DNA from: Candidatus Marsarchaeota archaeon
GTDB lineage: Archaea; Micrarchaeota; Micrarchaeia; Micrarchaeales; Micrarchaeaceae
Assembly (NCBI GenBank): GCA_023473665.1
Contig: JAMCYM010000001.1
Span: forward strand, 52,923 to 116,922
DNA: 64,000 nt
Reading direction: 5' to 3'
A model generated the notes under the pieces. That model saw only the letters and a program-made list of their open reading frames with translations. It was not told the origin of the DNA and did not search any database. The position numbers were made by a program, and so were the translations under genes. Every line of letters starts with the position of its first letter. The first letter of the stretch is position 1. Shown here in pieces: positions 55,842 through 64,000 of this stretch.

Positions 55842-55969
55842 CGCGCACCCTCTCCCTAGCCAATAAATCTGTTGCGGCTTACATATCTCTTTAAGTTAAT
55901 ATTTAAATGTGCCGAGGGTTCCCCAGCGCACTAAAAGCATATTAAGGTTGTCGTGCAATTTTTATCCGG

Positions 55970-56070
55970 CCCGTTGTAGCTCAATGGCAGAGCGACCGGC
56001 TGTAGTTTGTTAGCTTCTTGCAAAACAAGAAGATACCGGTAGGTTGGGCGTTCAACTCGCCCCAACGGGA
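55970..56070 (+). tRNA. tRNA-Tyr(GTA) with a canonical 37/38 intron (56006-56034)
   Basis: C1-G72 acceptor CCCGTTG/CAACGGG; ACCGG-CT-GTA-G[29 nt]A-CCGGT; A discriminator. Confidence 0.92.
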
Positions 56071-56096
56071 CTGTTCCAAAGCAAAGTGGTTGTTAG

Positions 56097-56603
56097 ATGG
56101 CAACGATTCAGAAAGGTGCGCAGAGCGCCCAATCAACGGCGCACGGATCCTCGACGGGATCAACGCAGGCATCGCCATATACCGCAAACAGGCCGAAGGC
56201 TGCATTCATACTGATGCTGATCGGCGGCATAATGATACTGCTGTACGCTGTGCTGATACTTCTTGGCGGCCTGGCGGCGGTATCCCTAGCAGGCAAGGTG
56301 ACCGGCAACACACTTGTAATAGGAAACACCACTCTCACGCTCAACCAGACTGAGATAACTGCACTGAAGAATGCGCCAAGCACGCTATATCCGACTGGCG
56401 GAATAGGCATTGTCGCAGGGCTTGTGGTAATAGTAATGGCGTTCATGATGTGGAAAACAGGAGACATAAAGCGCATGCACAACCTTTCCATCATAGCGCT
56501 AATTGCGTCTATTGCCAGCTTCTTCGGCGGCGCAGGCTTCCTGTACTTAGGCATGGGATTGGCAATAATCGGGAGCGTGCTAGGCATGCTGTACAAGGGC
56601 TGA
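56097..56603 (+). CDS. Hypothetical membrane protein (about 4 TM)
   Basis: Hydrophobic segments; GGAGFLYLG-x-x-LAIIG motif; S/T-rich N-terminus. Confidence 0.7.
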   Translation: MATIQKGAQSAQSTAHGSSTGSTQASPYTANRPKAAFILMLIGGIMILLYAVLILLGGLAAVSLAGKVTGNTLVIGNTTLTLNQTEITALKNAPSTLYPTGGIGIVAGLVVIVMAFMMWKTGDIKRMHNLSIIALIASIASFFGGAGFLYLGMGLAIIGSVLGMLYKG

Positions 56604-56686
56604 ACAGAAGTAGGGCCGTGACGGCGCCCTCCTTTGTGCACGAACGGAACGCTTATAAAAGACTGCGGCATTAATCAATACGCGCT

Positions 56687-56758
56687 GCCTTGGTGGTGTA
56701 GTGGTCAGCATACGACCCTGTCACGGTTGCGACCCGGGTTCGAATCCCGGCCAAGGCG
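56687..56758 (+). tRNA. tRNA-Asp(GTC)
   Basis: GCCTTGG/CCAAGGC acceptor stem; CT-GTC-AC loop; GGTTCGAATCC; TTATAAAA upstream. Confidence 0.96.
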
Positions 56759-56770
56759 TCTTCTGAATCG

Positions 56771-57853
56771 TTAGTATCTGCTTAAGCGTTCTGCGAAATG
56801 GTCGAACAGTCCCTGATAAATGCCGAGCATGTGCTTGAAGTGCCTTCTACCTTCCTCGCTGCCCCAGTAGGGTTGGCTGCCCATGTCGCCGATTATTGTG
56901 CCAATCATTCTTTCCAGCATGAGGAAGTCGATCTTCCGCCCGAAGTTCTTGTCTCTTTTGACTACCGGGATGGTCCTGTAGACCTTGAGCCATTTTTCAA
57001 CATAAGCTGTTACTTCCTTAAGCGTGCAGCTGTTGCTGTGTATCTGGAGCAGGTTCCACCATACGTTCTTCGCAAGATCGTTCCATTCAAGGGCATAGCG
57101 CCACAGTATGTTCGACAGGATCCTGTAAGTGCCATCCCGCATCCTTAGCACATGCTGCGCCATAAGCTCGCCGTGCATGAACTCCAGCTTCATCCTGGGA
57201 ATGTACTCGGCCGCCAGCGGATAGAACCTTACGAGACACCGTGCGTAGTCGTCGAACTCCAGCCTGCCCCTCTCTTCCGCATTGGACCTCCACCTCTCAA
57301 CGGACTTCATGACCGCCTCGAGGGCCGTCGAGCTCCGCGACGGCGTGCTGATATGGATCCTGCCGGGATCGGCGCTCACCCAGGGCCTTGTTATGGCTCT
57401 CGTCTTGTACTCTTGGTAGAATCTTGCAAATTCCTTCATCTGCCTCTCTGTGGCGAACGGTGTGCCATATATGGGCCGCCCCTCTATCAGTTCGCTTATC
57501 GTGAATCCGTAGCCCCTCTTGGCGCTCCATTCCTCGTTCCTGTATATTTTCGGTGCGTGAATGATCTTGCTCCTGTTTTGCCTTTCAAAGTTCCTTGCCA
57601 TCAGGGCTTCAGATACCTCGACCTTGAGGCCCTGCAGCTTGAGCACTGCGGGTTTGCCCTCGTACGTGCCGCTGTAATGTACGCTCCCCAGGAGCGGTTT
57701 ACCCTTCGCATAAATCTGTTCTCCTCTGAAAATCTCCTTTTCGGGCACGAAGCCCGTTTTTCTGATTACCTCGTCTAGCACTCTCTTCTCGCCGCCAATC
57801 AGTGCGTTTGGTGCGCTCTTTTCTGCGAAGCTGACGGCCGTGCACTTCTCCAT
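56771..57853 (-). CDS. Hypothetical protein, APH/kinase-like fold with atypical catalytic motifs
   Basis: AVLKL (Lys), ISELIEG and FMHGEL-x-x-QH (HGD-x4-N equivalent). Confidence 0.55.
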   Translation of the reverse strand: MEKCTAVSFAEKSAPNALIGGEKRVLDEVIRKTGFVPEKEIFRGEQIYAKGKPLLGSVHYSGTYEGKPAVLKLQGLKVEVSEALMARNFERQNRSKIIHAPKIYRNEEWSAKRGYGFTISELIEGRPIYGTPFATERQMKEFARFYQEYKTRAITRPWVSADPGRIHISTPSRSSTALEAVMKSVERWRSNAEERGRLEFDDYARCLVRFYPLAAEYIPRMKLEFMHGELMAQHVLRMRDGTYRILSNILWRYALEWNDLAKNVWWNLLQIHSNSCTLKEVTAYVEKWLKVYRTIPVVKRDKNFGRKIDFLMLERMIGTIIGDMGSQPYWGSEEGRRHFKHMLGIYQGLFDHFAERLSRY

Positions 57854-57864
57854 GTACTCACTAT

Positions 57865-59103
57865 CTAAACTATCCTTATCCTCTTGCCGTAATAATCAAG
57901 GAACATCTTCTCTATAGCCCTTTTCGTCTCGTCGAGCCCTGCCGCCGTCTCCTTTTCCTGCGCCCTTGCAGATTCGATTGTTTCCGCGGCCCTCCTTCGC
58001 GACTCCCTGCCTTCCCTGAGTCTCGCGAGCGCGTTTCTTGAGAGTCTTATGCTGCCCTCAAGCTCGAGCCTTTTTACGTCAAGGTCTCTGAGCGCAGATA
58101 TCATGCCGTAGATGTCTGAGCCCATCAGCTCGTCCAGCGCCTCCATCAGCCTGTTTTTGTTGTCGGTCTCTATCACGCCAGAATCCAGCGCAGCCCTCAA
58201 TCCCGAGAGCATGTGCCTGAACTTTTTGTATTCGGATTCGTCTGCCATCCTGGCGACCGGCTCTGCCATGAAATCCGTGAGCCGCTCCTTGCTGCCCGAT
58301 GCGTGGTCGAACTTCCTGGCGGTGCGCTCCAACGGTGCGAGCAGCCGGTTTATCTCCGCATGGGTCGCCGAGCTTTCTGCATTGAGCATTTCAAGGTCTC
58401 TCTCACTCTGTGAAAGCTCCCTGCTCAATCTTTCCTCCTCTGCGCCCTCGAGCGTGCCTCCAGATGCTGCCATCGAGAGCGATTCTATCGTGTCGCTGCT
58501 CATTTTCAGTTCGTCGGTCATAGCGCGCAAGGTGTCGAGCCGCTCTTTTACCGAATTATACTCTGCGAGCTCCCTGCCCATGCGGCCGAGCGTGCCCCTA
58601 AGAAGCTCCTTCTGCTTCTCTATCGAGGCGAAGGCCTTCTTCAGATCGCTCGTGTAATCGGCATACGAATAAAGCGCCTGCTTGAACTTGCTGTTCGCCA
58701 TGAGCGTCTCCTCGATGAAGCGCTCCGTCTTCAGCAGCACAGCATTGTACCTCTCGTATAAGTTGGGCCCGCTGCCAATGTCGGCGCTCCAGCCGTTCAG
58801 TATGCGCTTAAGCGCTGTAGAATAAGCCTTCTTCTGCTCCTTCAGCGCAGACGCGTTGTTTACGTATGGGTTCTCTATATCCGGTTCGGCCTCAAGATCG
58901 GAGAAAGCATCGCAAGCCCTAGAGTACGTTTCCTTGGCGCTGCCAAGTTCGCGCAGGCACGCGCCTGCCCTCGAGTCCAGGCTGCCAAGCTTCATGTCGA
59001 AGGCCGAGTCCAGCAGGTCGTAAAGCTCATCCTGCCCTACATTAGCCGCATTGCCGCCTTCACGCCTGAAAAGCATTTGTACCGGGTACGATTGCTCAGC
59101 CAA
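57865..59103 (-). CDS. Hypothetical coiled-coil protein
   Basis: Long E/R/L-rich helical ORF with host-like codon usage. Confidence 0.65.
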   Translation of the reverse strand: MAEQSYPVQMLFRREGGNAANVGQDELYDLLDSAFDMKLGSLDSRAGACLRELGSAKETYSRACDAFSDLEAEPDIENPYVNNASALKEQKKAYSTALKRILNGWSADIGSGPNLYERYNAVLLKTERFIEETLMANSKFKQALYSYADYTSDLKKAFASIEKQKELLRGTLGRMGRELAEYNSVKERLDTLRAMTDELKMSSDTIESLSMAASGGTLEGAEEERLSRELSQSERDLEMLNAESSATHAEINRLLAPLERTARKFDHASGSKERLTDFMAEPVARMADESEYKKFRHMLSGLRAALDSGVIETDNKNRLMEALDELMGSDIYGMISALRDLDVKRLELEGSIRLSRNALARLREGRESRRRAAETIESARAQEKETAAGLDETKRAIEKMFLDYYGKRIRIV

Positions 59104-59233
59104 AGTTAATATGCTGTACGATGGCCGGCCTGCAAAACCTTATAAATGTTGATGGCGCAAACCTAGTGCAAAGGATAAGTAACGTAATTGCTGATTTTCC
59201 CGCAATTACTGCAGCTTGCAGGAGGGATACATC

Positions 59234-59866
59234 ATGGAAAAGGAAGCTCTGGAGAAGCTCGAAGCCTTTATTAACGAGAACAAAGGCAAGCGCAAGTTCA
59301 CGCAGAGCGTAGAGCTTGCGATAAACTTCAAGGGCATAGACTTCAATAAGCAGGACAACAGGCTCAACCTGCAGGTCATGCTGCCCGAGGGCCGCGGCAA
59401 GGAGAGCCAGGCTATGGTGTTTGCAGACAACAAGACAATAGCGGAGAAGGCCGCCGGCCTTGGCGCAAAAGTTGTTACGAGCGGCGAGCTGGGCGCTATA
59501 GCCAGCAACAAGGGCCGCATGGCCGAGCTGCTCAACTACGAGCTCGTTGCCGAGCCTGCGCTCATGGCCCAGATAGCGAAGGTGCTCGGGCAGTTCCTTG
59601 GGCCGAAGAACAAGATGCCAAGGCCGCTCGTTGGGGTCGATGTCGCGAACGTGATAAACACGATCAGCAAGTCCGTCTACATACGCAGCAAGGGCAAGTA
59701 TCTGCCAACAGTGCACTGCGTTGTCGGCACGGAGAAGATGACCGCGCAGCAGCTCGCAGCGAACATAGACGAGGTCGTCGGCTCGATAGCAAAGAAGGTG
59801 GGCAGGCAGAACATACGTTCGGTGTACGTGAAGCTGACGATGAGCGCGCCAATGAAGCTGCAGTAA
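59234..59866 (+). CDS. rpl1: 50S ribosomal protein L1
   Basis: KRKFTQSVELAINFK, LGPKNKMP and YVKLTM motifs. Confidence 0.95.
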   Translation: MEKEALEKLEAFINENKGKRKFTQSVELAINFKGIDFNKQDNRLNLQVMLPEGRGKESQAMVFADNKTIAEKAAGLGAKVVTSGELGAIASNKGRMAELLNYELVAEPALMAQIAKVLGQFLGPKNKMPRPLVGVDVANVINTISKSVYIRSKGKYLPTVHCVVGTEKMTAQQLAANIDEVVGSIAKKVGRQNIRSVYVKLTMSAPMKLQ

Positions 59867-59879
59867 ATAGATGATATAG

Positions 59880-60719
59880 ATGCTTAGCAAGGACCAGAAG
59901 AGGAAATTCGTCGAGGACGGCATAACGGCCGTCAAGGCGAGCAAGGTCATAGGCGTTGTGCCCCTGGCAGGCATACCCGACAGGCTCTTCCAGAAGTCGA
60001 GGAACGGCATGCGCAGCTCGGTCAGGTTCATAACGGGCAGGAAATCGCTGCTGTCGAAGATTCTTGAGGGTGACGCGAAGACGAAGGAGCTCGCCAGTGA
60101 GCTCACTGGCACATCTGCAATAATGCTCAGCAACGGCAATCCGTTCGAGATATACTCCTGGTTTAAGGGCGGCAGCATAAAGCTGGCGGCGAAGCCGAAG
60201 CAGGCGGCGCCAGAAGACATCCACATAGAGGAGGGCGAGACCAGCCTGCAGCCTGGCCAGGCCGTGACCGACCTGAAGAGCGCAGGCATAGACGTCAAGA
60301 TCGACAAGGGCAAGGTAGTGATATCGAAGAGCAAGGTGCTCGTGAAGAAAGGCGAGCTGATAAGCCTGCAGGTGGCGAAGGCATTGCACACGCTTGACAT
60401 AATGCCGTTCCACGCGATGCTTACTCCGTCAGTCATGCTCTCTGACGGAATCGCATTCAGGCCGGAGGTGCTCGACATAAATCCAGAGCACACGTCTGCC
60501 GAGATAGCGCAGGCGTTCGGAACCGCGCTCTCGCTGAGTCTTGCGGCCGGCATAGTGAACGCTTATACAGTCGGCAGCCTGCTCACGAAGGCATACCGCA
60601 GCGCCATCATGCTGGGCATAGAGGCGAAAGCATATGACAGCGGCATAGTAGAGATGCTGCTTGGTGATGCAGCGATGCACGCGGCAGCGCTGAACGGCGC
60701 AGCAGGCGTAAATCAATAA
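59880..60719 (+). CDS. rpl10: 50S ribosomal protein L10 (P0)
   Basis: NPFE, APEDI-x-I-x-x-G-x-T-x-x-x-PG and insertion domain; position between L1 and L12. Confidence 0.92.
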   Translation: MLSKDQKRKFVEDGITAVKASKVIGVVPLAGIPDRLFQKSRNGMRSSVRFITGRKSLLSKILEGDAKTKELASELTGTSAIMLSNGNPFEIYSWFKGGSIKLAAKPKQAAPEDIHIEEGETSLQPGQAVTDLKSAGIDVKIDKGKVVISKSKVLVKKGELISLQVAKALHTLDIMPFHAMLTPSVMLSDGIAFRPEVLDINPEHTSAEIAQAFGTALSLSLAAGIVNAYTVGSLLTKAYRSAIMLGIEAKAYDSGIVEMLLGDAAMHAAALNGAAGVNQ

Positions 60720-60766
60720 ATATGTTGGGAAAGAAGATATTGGAATTGCGATAAAAAGGTGAAAAC

Positions 60767-61078
60767 ATGGAATACGTATACGCTGCACTGCTCCTGGACG
60801 CGGCTGGCAAGTCTGTTACCGAGAAGGACCTTATGGAAGTGGTCAAGGCTGCGGGCTTTTCGCCAGACGAGGCGCGCGCAAAGGCAATGGTGGAGTCGCT
60901 CAAGGGCGTCGACATAAAGGACGTGATAAAAAGGGCCCAGAGCGCTCCCGTGCAATCCGCTCCAACGGCTGCCGCAGCAGCACCGGCCGCCGCGCATGAG
61001 GCTAAGAAGAAGGAGCCTGCCGAGGAGAAGAAAAGCGATGAGGAAGCAGCAGGAGGCCTCGCCAGCCTGTTCGGCTGA
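60767..61078 (+). CDS. rpl12: 50S ribosomal protein L12 (P1)
   Basis: MEYVYAALLL start, Ala-rich hinge, GLASLFG end. Confidence 0.97.
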   Translation: MEYVYAALLLDAAGKSVTEKDLMEVVKAAGFSPDEARAKAMVESLKGVDIKDVIKRAQSAPVQSAPTAAAAAPAAAHEAKKKEPAEEKKSDEEAAGGLASLFG

Positions 61079-61079
61079 G

Positions 61080-61802
61080 CTAGGGCTTTATCAGGTGCGA
61101 GCTGTCCTTAAGCCATTTTCGCGCATCCCTATAATTAGGCGCAGCTCTCGCCACCTCGTCCCAGAACCGCTTAGAGTGGTTGCGCACCCTTGTGTGCGCG
61201 AGTTCGTGCGCGATCACGTAATCAAGCACGCTTTCCGGCGCGTAGAGCAGCTTCAGGTTTATGCTTATCCTGTTATTGGGTGAGCATGAGCCCCATATTA
61301 CCGAGTTGTCGCGCACCACAACCCCGCTCAGGACTGAGCCAAAATGCGCGGCATTGATCCTGACTATGCGCTCCTCGACATAAGGCTTGGCAGCCCTGGC
61401 CACTACCTTCGAAGCCAGCCTCGAAACTATGCGCGCATCATAGCCGTCTGGGGCATAGACGAGCACCGAATCGCCCGAAAGTCTGGCCGCATAGCGCTTC
61501 CTTCCATTTATCAGCCTTATGCTGAGCCGTCTGCCCCCCACCTCAGTCACCTGGCCGTCGCCGAATCCCAATGTTTTGTCAGCGAGGAACCTGCCGGGGT
61601 TTTTTTCTATCGCGCGCCTCATCCTCTTGTACAGATTGTCGGCTGCGGCGCTGGCCGCGCGCTTCCCCATCCAGCGCGGCAGCCTTATCACGATAACGCC
61701 GTCCCTGACGCTCGCATGCGCATTTTTGAGCCGCGCCTTCTCGACTCTGACCCCAATGGCCATGCTACCTGCCATCACTGCATCGAACTCCAACTTAACC
61801 AT
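61080..61802 (-). CDS. YgjP/DUF45 family (M48-like) metallohydrolase
   Basis: WGSCS and DYVIAHELAH-x-x-x-x-NHS-x-x-FW motifs. Confidence 0.88.
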   Translation of the reverse strand: MVKLEFDAVMAGSMAIGVRVEKARLKNAHASVRDGVIVIRLPRWMGKRAASAAADNLYKRMRRAIEKNPGRFLADKTLGFGDGQVTEVGGRRLSIRLINGRKRYAARLSGDSVLVYAPDGYDARIVSRLASKVVARAAKPYVEERIVRINAAHFGSVLSGVVVRDNSVIWGSCSPNNRISINLKLLYAPESVLDYVIAHELAHTRVRNHSKRFWDEVARAAPNYRDARKWLKDSSHLIKP

Positions 61803-61893
61803 CCAATCAGAAACCAATAAATTACTTTAGGAGAGAATCTTAATGCTTATTATCGATCTATTACTGCTCAGCAAATTTTGAAAGTGATCATAG

Positions 61894-62538
61894 ATGGGAG
61901 CTGAAGAGAAGGAACTAGTAATGCCAGGCGACAGGCTCTCCACAGAGGAGGAGTTCCTGCCTGCGTCGAACACGTACGTTGAATCTGGCAGCATCTACTC
62001 GCTCGTACCGGGCGAGCGCGTTGCAGGCGAAGGCAAGATAGGGGTCAAGAGCATAGGCAGGGAAATAACGAAGTTCAGGAAATCGATGCTCGTGCTTGGC
62101 ACTGTGATAGGCGACCTGAAGAGCGTGCTGTTCGTCAAGATCGACGACCTTGCGCTAGGCAACAAGGACTACATAGCGATAAAGGACGGCAAGGTAGTGC
62201 TTGCCGGCCATGGCGGCCCGCGCCCCGGTTTCCATGACAGGCGCGGCCCGCCAGGAAGGGAGCATGAACGCGAGGCCCGCCCCGCTGCATTGGGCGACAT
62301 ATTGCTCTCAAGGATACTGTTCGACGAGGGTGACTCATTCGTGCTTGACCTGCGCAGCCCGGAGTTAGGAGTGGTCTTTGCGCTGTGCGAAGAGTGCAAT
62401 TCGCCCCTCGAGGCGAGGCAGGACGGTACGCTTTACTGCCCGGCGTGCAAGCACGTCGAGCACAAGAAGGTCAGCAGCCTGTACGGCATGTCATCTGAAA
62501 TAAAGAAGGCATTGGCCGGAAATGCGGGGCTCGCTTAG
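61894..62538 (+). CDS. csl4: Exosome complex RNA-binding protein Csl4
   Basis: PGDRL-x-x-EEE, ELGVVFA-x-C-x-x-C and CPAC-x-x-x-E-x-KK motifs; upstream of rpoL. Confidence 0.9.
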   Translation: MGAEEKELVMPGDRLSTEEEFLPASNTYVESGSIYSLVPGERVAGEGKIGVKSIGREITKFRKSMLVLGTVIGDLKSVLFVKIDDLALGNKDYIAIKDGKVVLAGHGGPRPGFHDRRGPPGREHEREARPAALGDILLSRILFDEGDSFVLDLRSPELGVVFALCEECNSPLEARQDGTLYCPACKHVEHKKVSSLYGMSSEIKKALAGNAGLA

Positions 62539-62552
62539 ATTCGGTGGTTACC

Positions 62553-62822
62553 ATGGAGATCAATACTATCAAGGAAGAGGGCAAGGAGCTGGTCATAGAG
62601 TTCGTTACCAAGGACATGACAATACTAGATTTGGTAGCAGGCGAGCTGCTGCAGAATGACGACGTGGAGTTCGCAGGCGTGGAGAAGGACCACCCTGAGA
62701 TAGGCAATCCGCGGCTTGTCATACGCACCTCCAAGAAAAAGCCGAAAGAGGCTCTGGAGAAGGCGCTTGAGAATATTGACGAGACATTTTCTGACATGAA
62801 GAAATCTTTCTCGAAGAAGTAG
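62553..62822 (+). CDS. rpoL: RNA polymerase subunit Rpo11 (L)
   Basis: DVEFAG-x-x-x-DHP...P-x-L-x-IRT; csl4-rpoL-DUF99 synteny. Confidence 0.9.
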   Translation: MEINTIKEEGKELVIEFVTKDMTILDLVAGELLQNDDVEFAGVEKDHPEIGNPRLVIRTSKKKPKEALEKALENIDETFSDMKKSFSKK

Positions 62823-62827
62823 TTTCC

Positions 62828-63388
62828 GTGAAGTCCGGCGTACGCATGCTCGCTCTCGCGAGCGGGCCGATATACGGGCGCAGAAGGAAGCGCACTCTTG
62901 TTGTAGGCGTAGTCGGAAGGGCCGGCGTAGTCGAGGGCGTGCTCTCCGGCCGCGTGACCATAGATGGCGACGATTCGGCCAGCGTCGTGATACGCATGTT
63001 CAGGAAGTCGCGCTTCAAGGAGCAGATAAGGGCCATCGTGGTGAACGGCATAGCAATGGCCGGCCTGAACGTAATCGACGTGAAGGCAGTAGAGGACAAG
63101 GCGCACGTGCCGCTGATGGTGCTCACACGAATACGGCCTAATGTCAGTGATTTCATGAAGGCGCTTGACAATTACGGGAGCACCGGCAACCCCGTGCATG
63201 AAAGGAAGTCCCTCGTGGAACGCATGAACAAGGAACGAGGCTTCACGAAAATATCTGGGTTCTACGTGCAGTCAGGCATGAAGGCCGCTGAGCTTAAAGG
63301 CATAGTGCCCGCGGCGTTCGAATTGCTACGGCTCGCCCATCTCATAGCAAGGGGCATCAGCACCGGCATATCAAAAGGAAGAGTGTAA
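62828..63388 (+). CDS. DUF99 family protein (endonuclease V-like)
   Basis: IDGDD, GIAMAGLNVID and ELLRLAHLIA motifs. Confidence 0.85.
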   Translation: MKSGVRMLALASGPIYGRRRKRTLVVGVVGRAGVVEGVLSGRVTIDGDDSASVVIRMFRKSRFKEQIRAIVVNGIAMAGLNVIDVKAVEDKAHVPLMVLTRIRPNVSDFMKALDNYGSTGNPVHERKSLVERMNKERGFTKISGFYVQSGMKAAELKGIVPAAFELLRLAHLIARGISTGISKGRV

Positions 63389-63624
63389 GAAGGCCCGCAG
63401 CCGGCTGGCTTCCGGCAACATTTCCAATAATTTTTTTCGCCGTGGCGCAGCAAGCTATAAATACTTTCTTATGAGCAAATACTATCGCTCATTGCTGTTT
63501 TTGCTGAGCGAGCATCGAGCATCTAGCATGCCCGATGCCCAATGAAAATTCCTGCTTGGAATTGGATGCAGTCTTGAGGAGTGCAATAAGGTACCGACAA
63601 TTGCGATGCGGCTTTCAGCAATCG

Positions 63625-64000
63625 ACTCCAGTCGATGCTGCTGGAGGACACTGCTATCAGATTTCGACAGCCATGCAAGTCTGCTCTATGGCTTCATAGG
63701 GCGGCGTACGGCTCAGTAACGCGTAGTCAATCTAACGCACGGAGGAGCACACCCCCGGGAAACTGGGGTTAATTCTCCATAAGCAAGGGCATCTGGAAGG
63801 AGCCCTTGCCAAAAGGGGCGCAAAATGCAGCGCTTCCGCCATGCGATGAGACTGCGTCGGATCAGGCAGATGGCGGGGTAACGGCCCACCATACCGATAA
63901 CCCGTAGGGGATATGGGAGTATGAGCCCCGAGAAGGGCACTGAGACAAGGGCCCTAGCGCTACGGCGTGCAGCAGGCGCGCAAACTCCACAATGCGCGTA
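63625..64000 (+). rRNA. rrs: 16S rRNA, 5' part (truncated by the window end)
   Basis: CTCCAGTCGATGCTGCTGGAGG start; GCCATGCAAGTC, GGCTCAGTAAC, GGGAAACT, ACTGAGACAAGG and GCAGCAGGCGCG landmarks. Confidence 0.96.

Noticed and set aside
56006..56034. Alternative hairpin (CTTCTTG/CAAGAAG) inside the tRNA-Tyr intron, suggesting a nested intron or guide RNA
   Set aside because: Too short, no C/D boxes; a single canonical intron explains the gene
59096..60553. 485-aa minus-strand ORF and similar long antisense ORFs (e.g. 52009-53022, 54051-55079, 29501-30463)
   Set aside because: They lie opposite well-supported genes, have no motifs and are expected from codon bias

Overview
Archaeal chromosomal window, most likely from a DPANN archaeon of the Micrarchaeota type. 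This assignment is inferred from GGTGA-type ribosome-binding sites, unlinked and divergent 23S and 16S rRNA genes, a non-canonical tRNA intron and the gene content. Most of the window is housekeeping: a SUF Fe-S operon, SMC, FtsZ, Cdc6, the L30e-S12-S7-EF2, L7Ae-S28e-L24e and L1-L10-L12 clusters, the exosome/proteasome/RNase P superoperon, a 23S rRNA gene, the 5' part of a 16S rRNA gene, SRP RNA and four tRNAs. Small accessory patches sit behind the tRNAs. No CRISPR array, transposase or integrase was seen. The most notable observations are: (1) near-universal nucleotides of the 23S peptidyl-transferase centre and sarcin-ricin loop are changed, many with compensating changes, and EF-2 and S12 carry matching unusual substitutions; (2) an unannotated dual-guide C/D-box sRNA whose guides match 23S C1920 and the tRNA-Leu wobble position; (3) a DUF6884-like plus GIY-YIG gene pair in a tRNA-linked islet; (4) a multi-TM protein fused to a tandem AAA ATPase; (5) a Cys-tailed HTH regulator inside the suf operon with a candidate operator; (6) small proteins missed or mis-started by the ORF track (metallothionein-like, Zn-finger, Rpo6). 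Three single-base frameshifts in two genes may be sequencing errors. All family assignments come from motif recognition; no searches were run.
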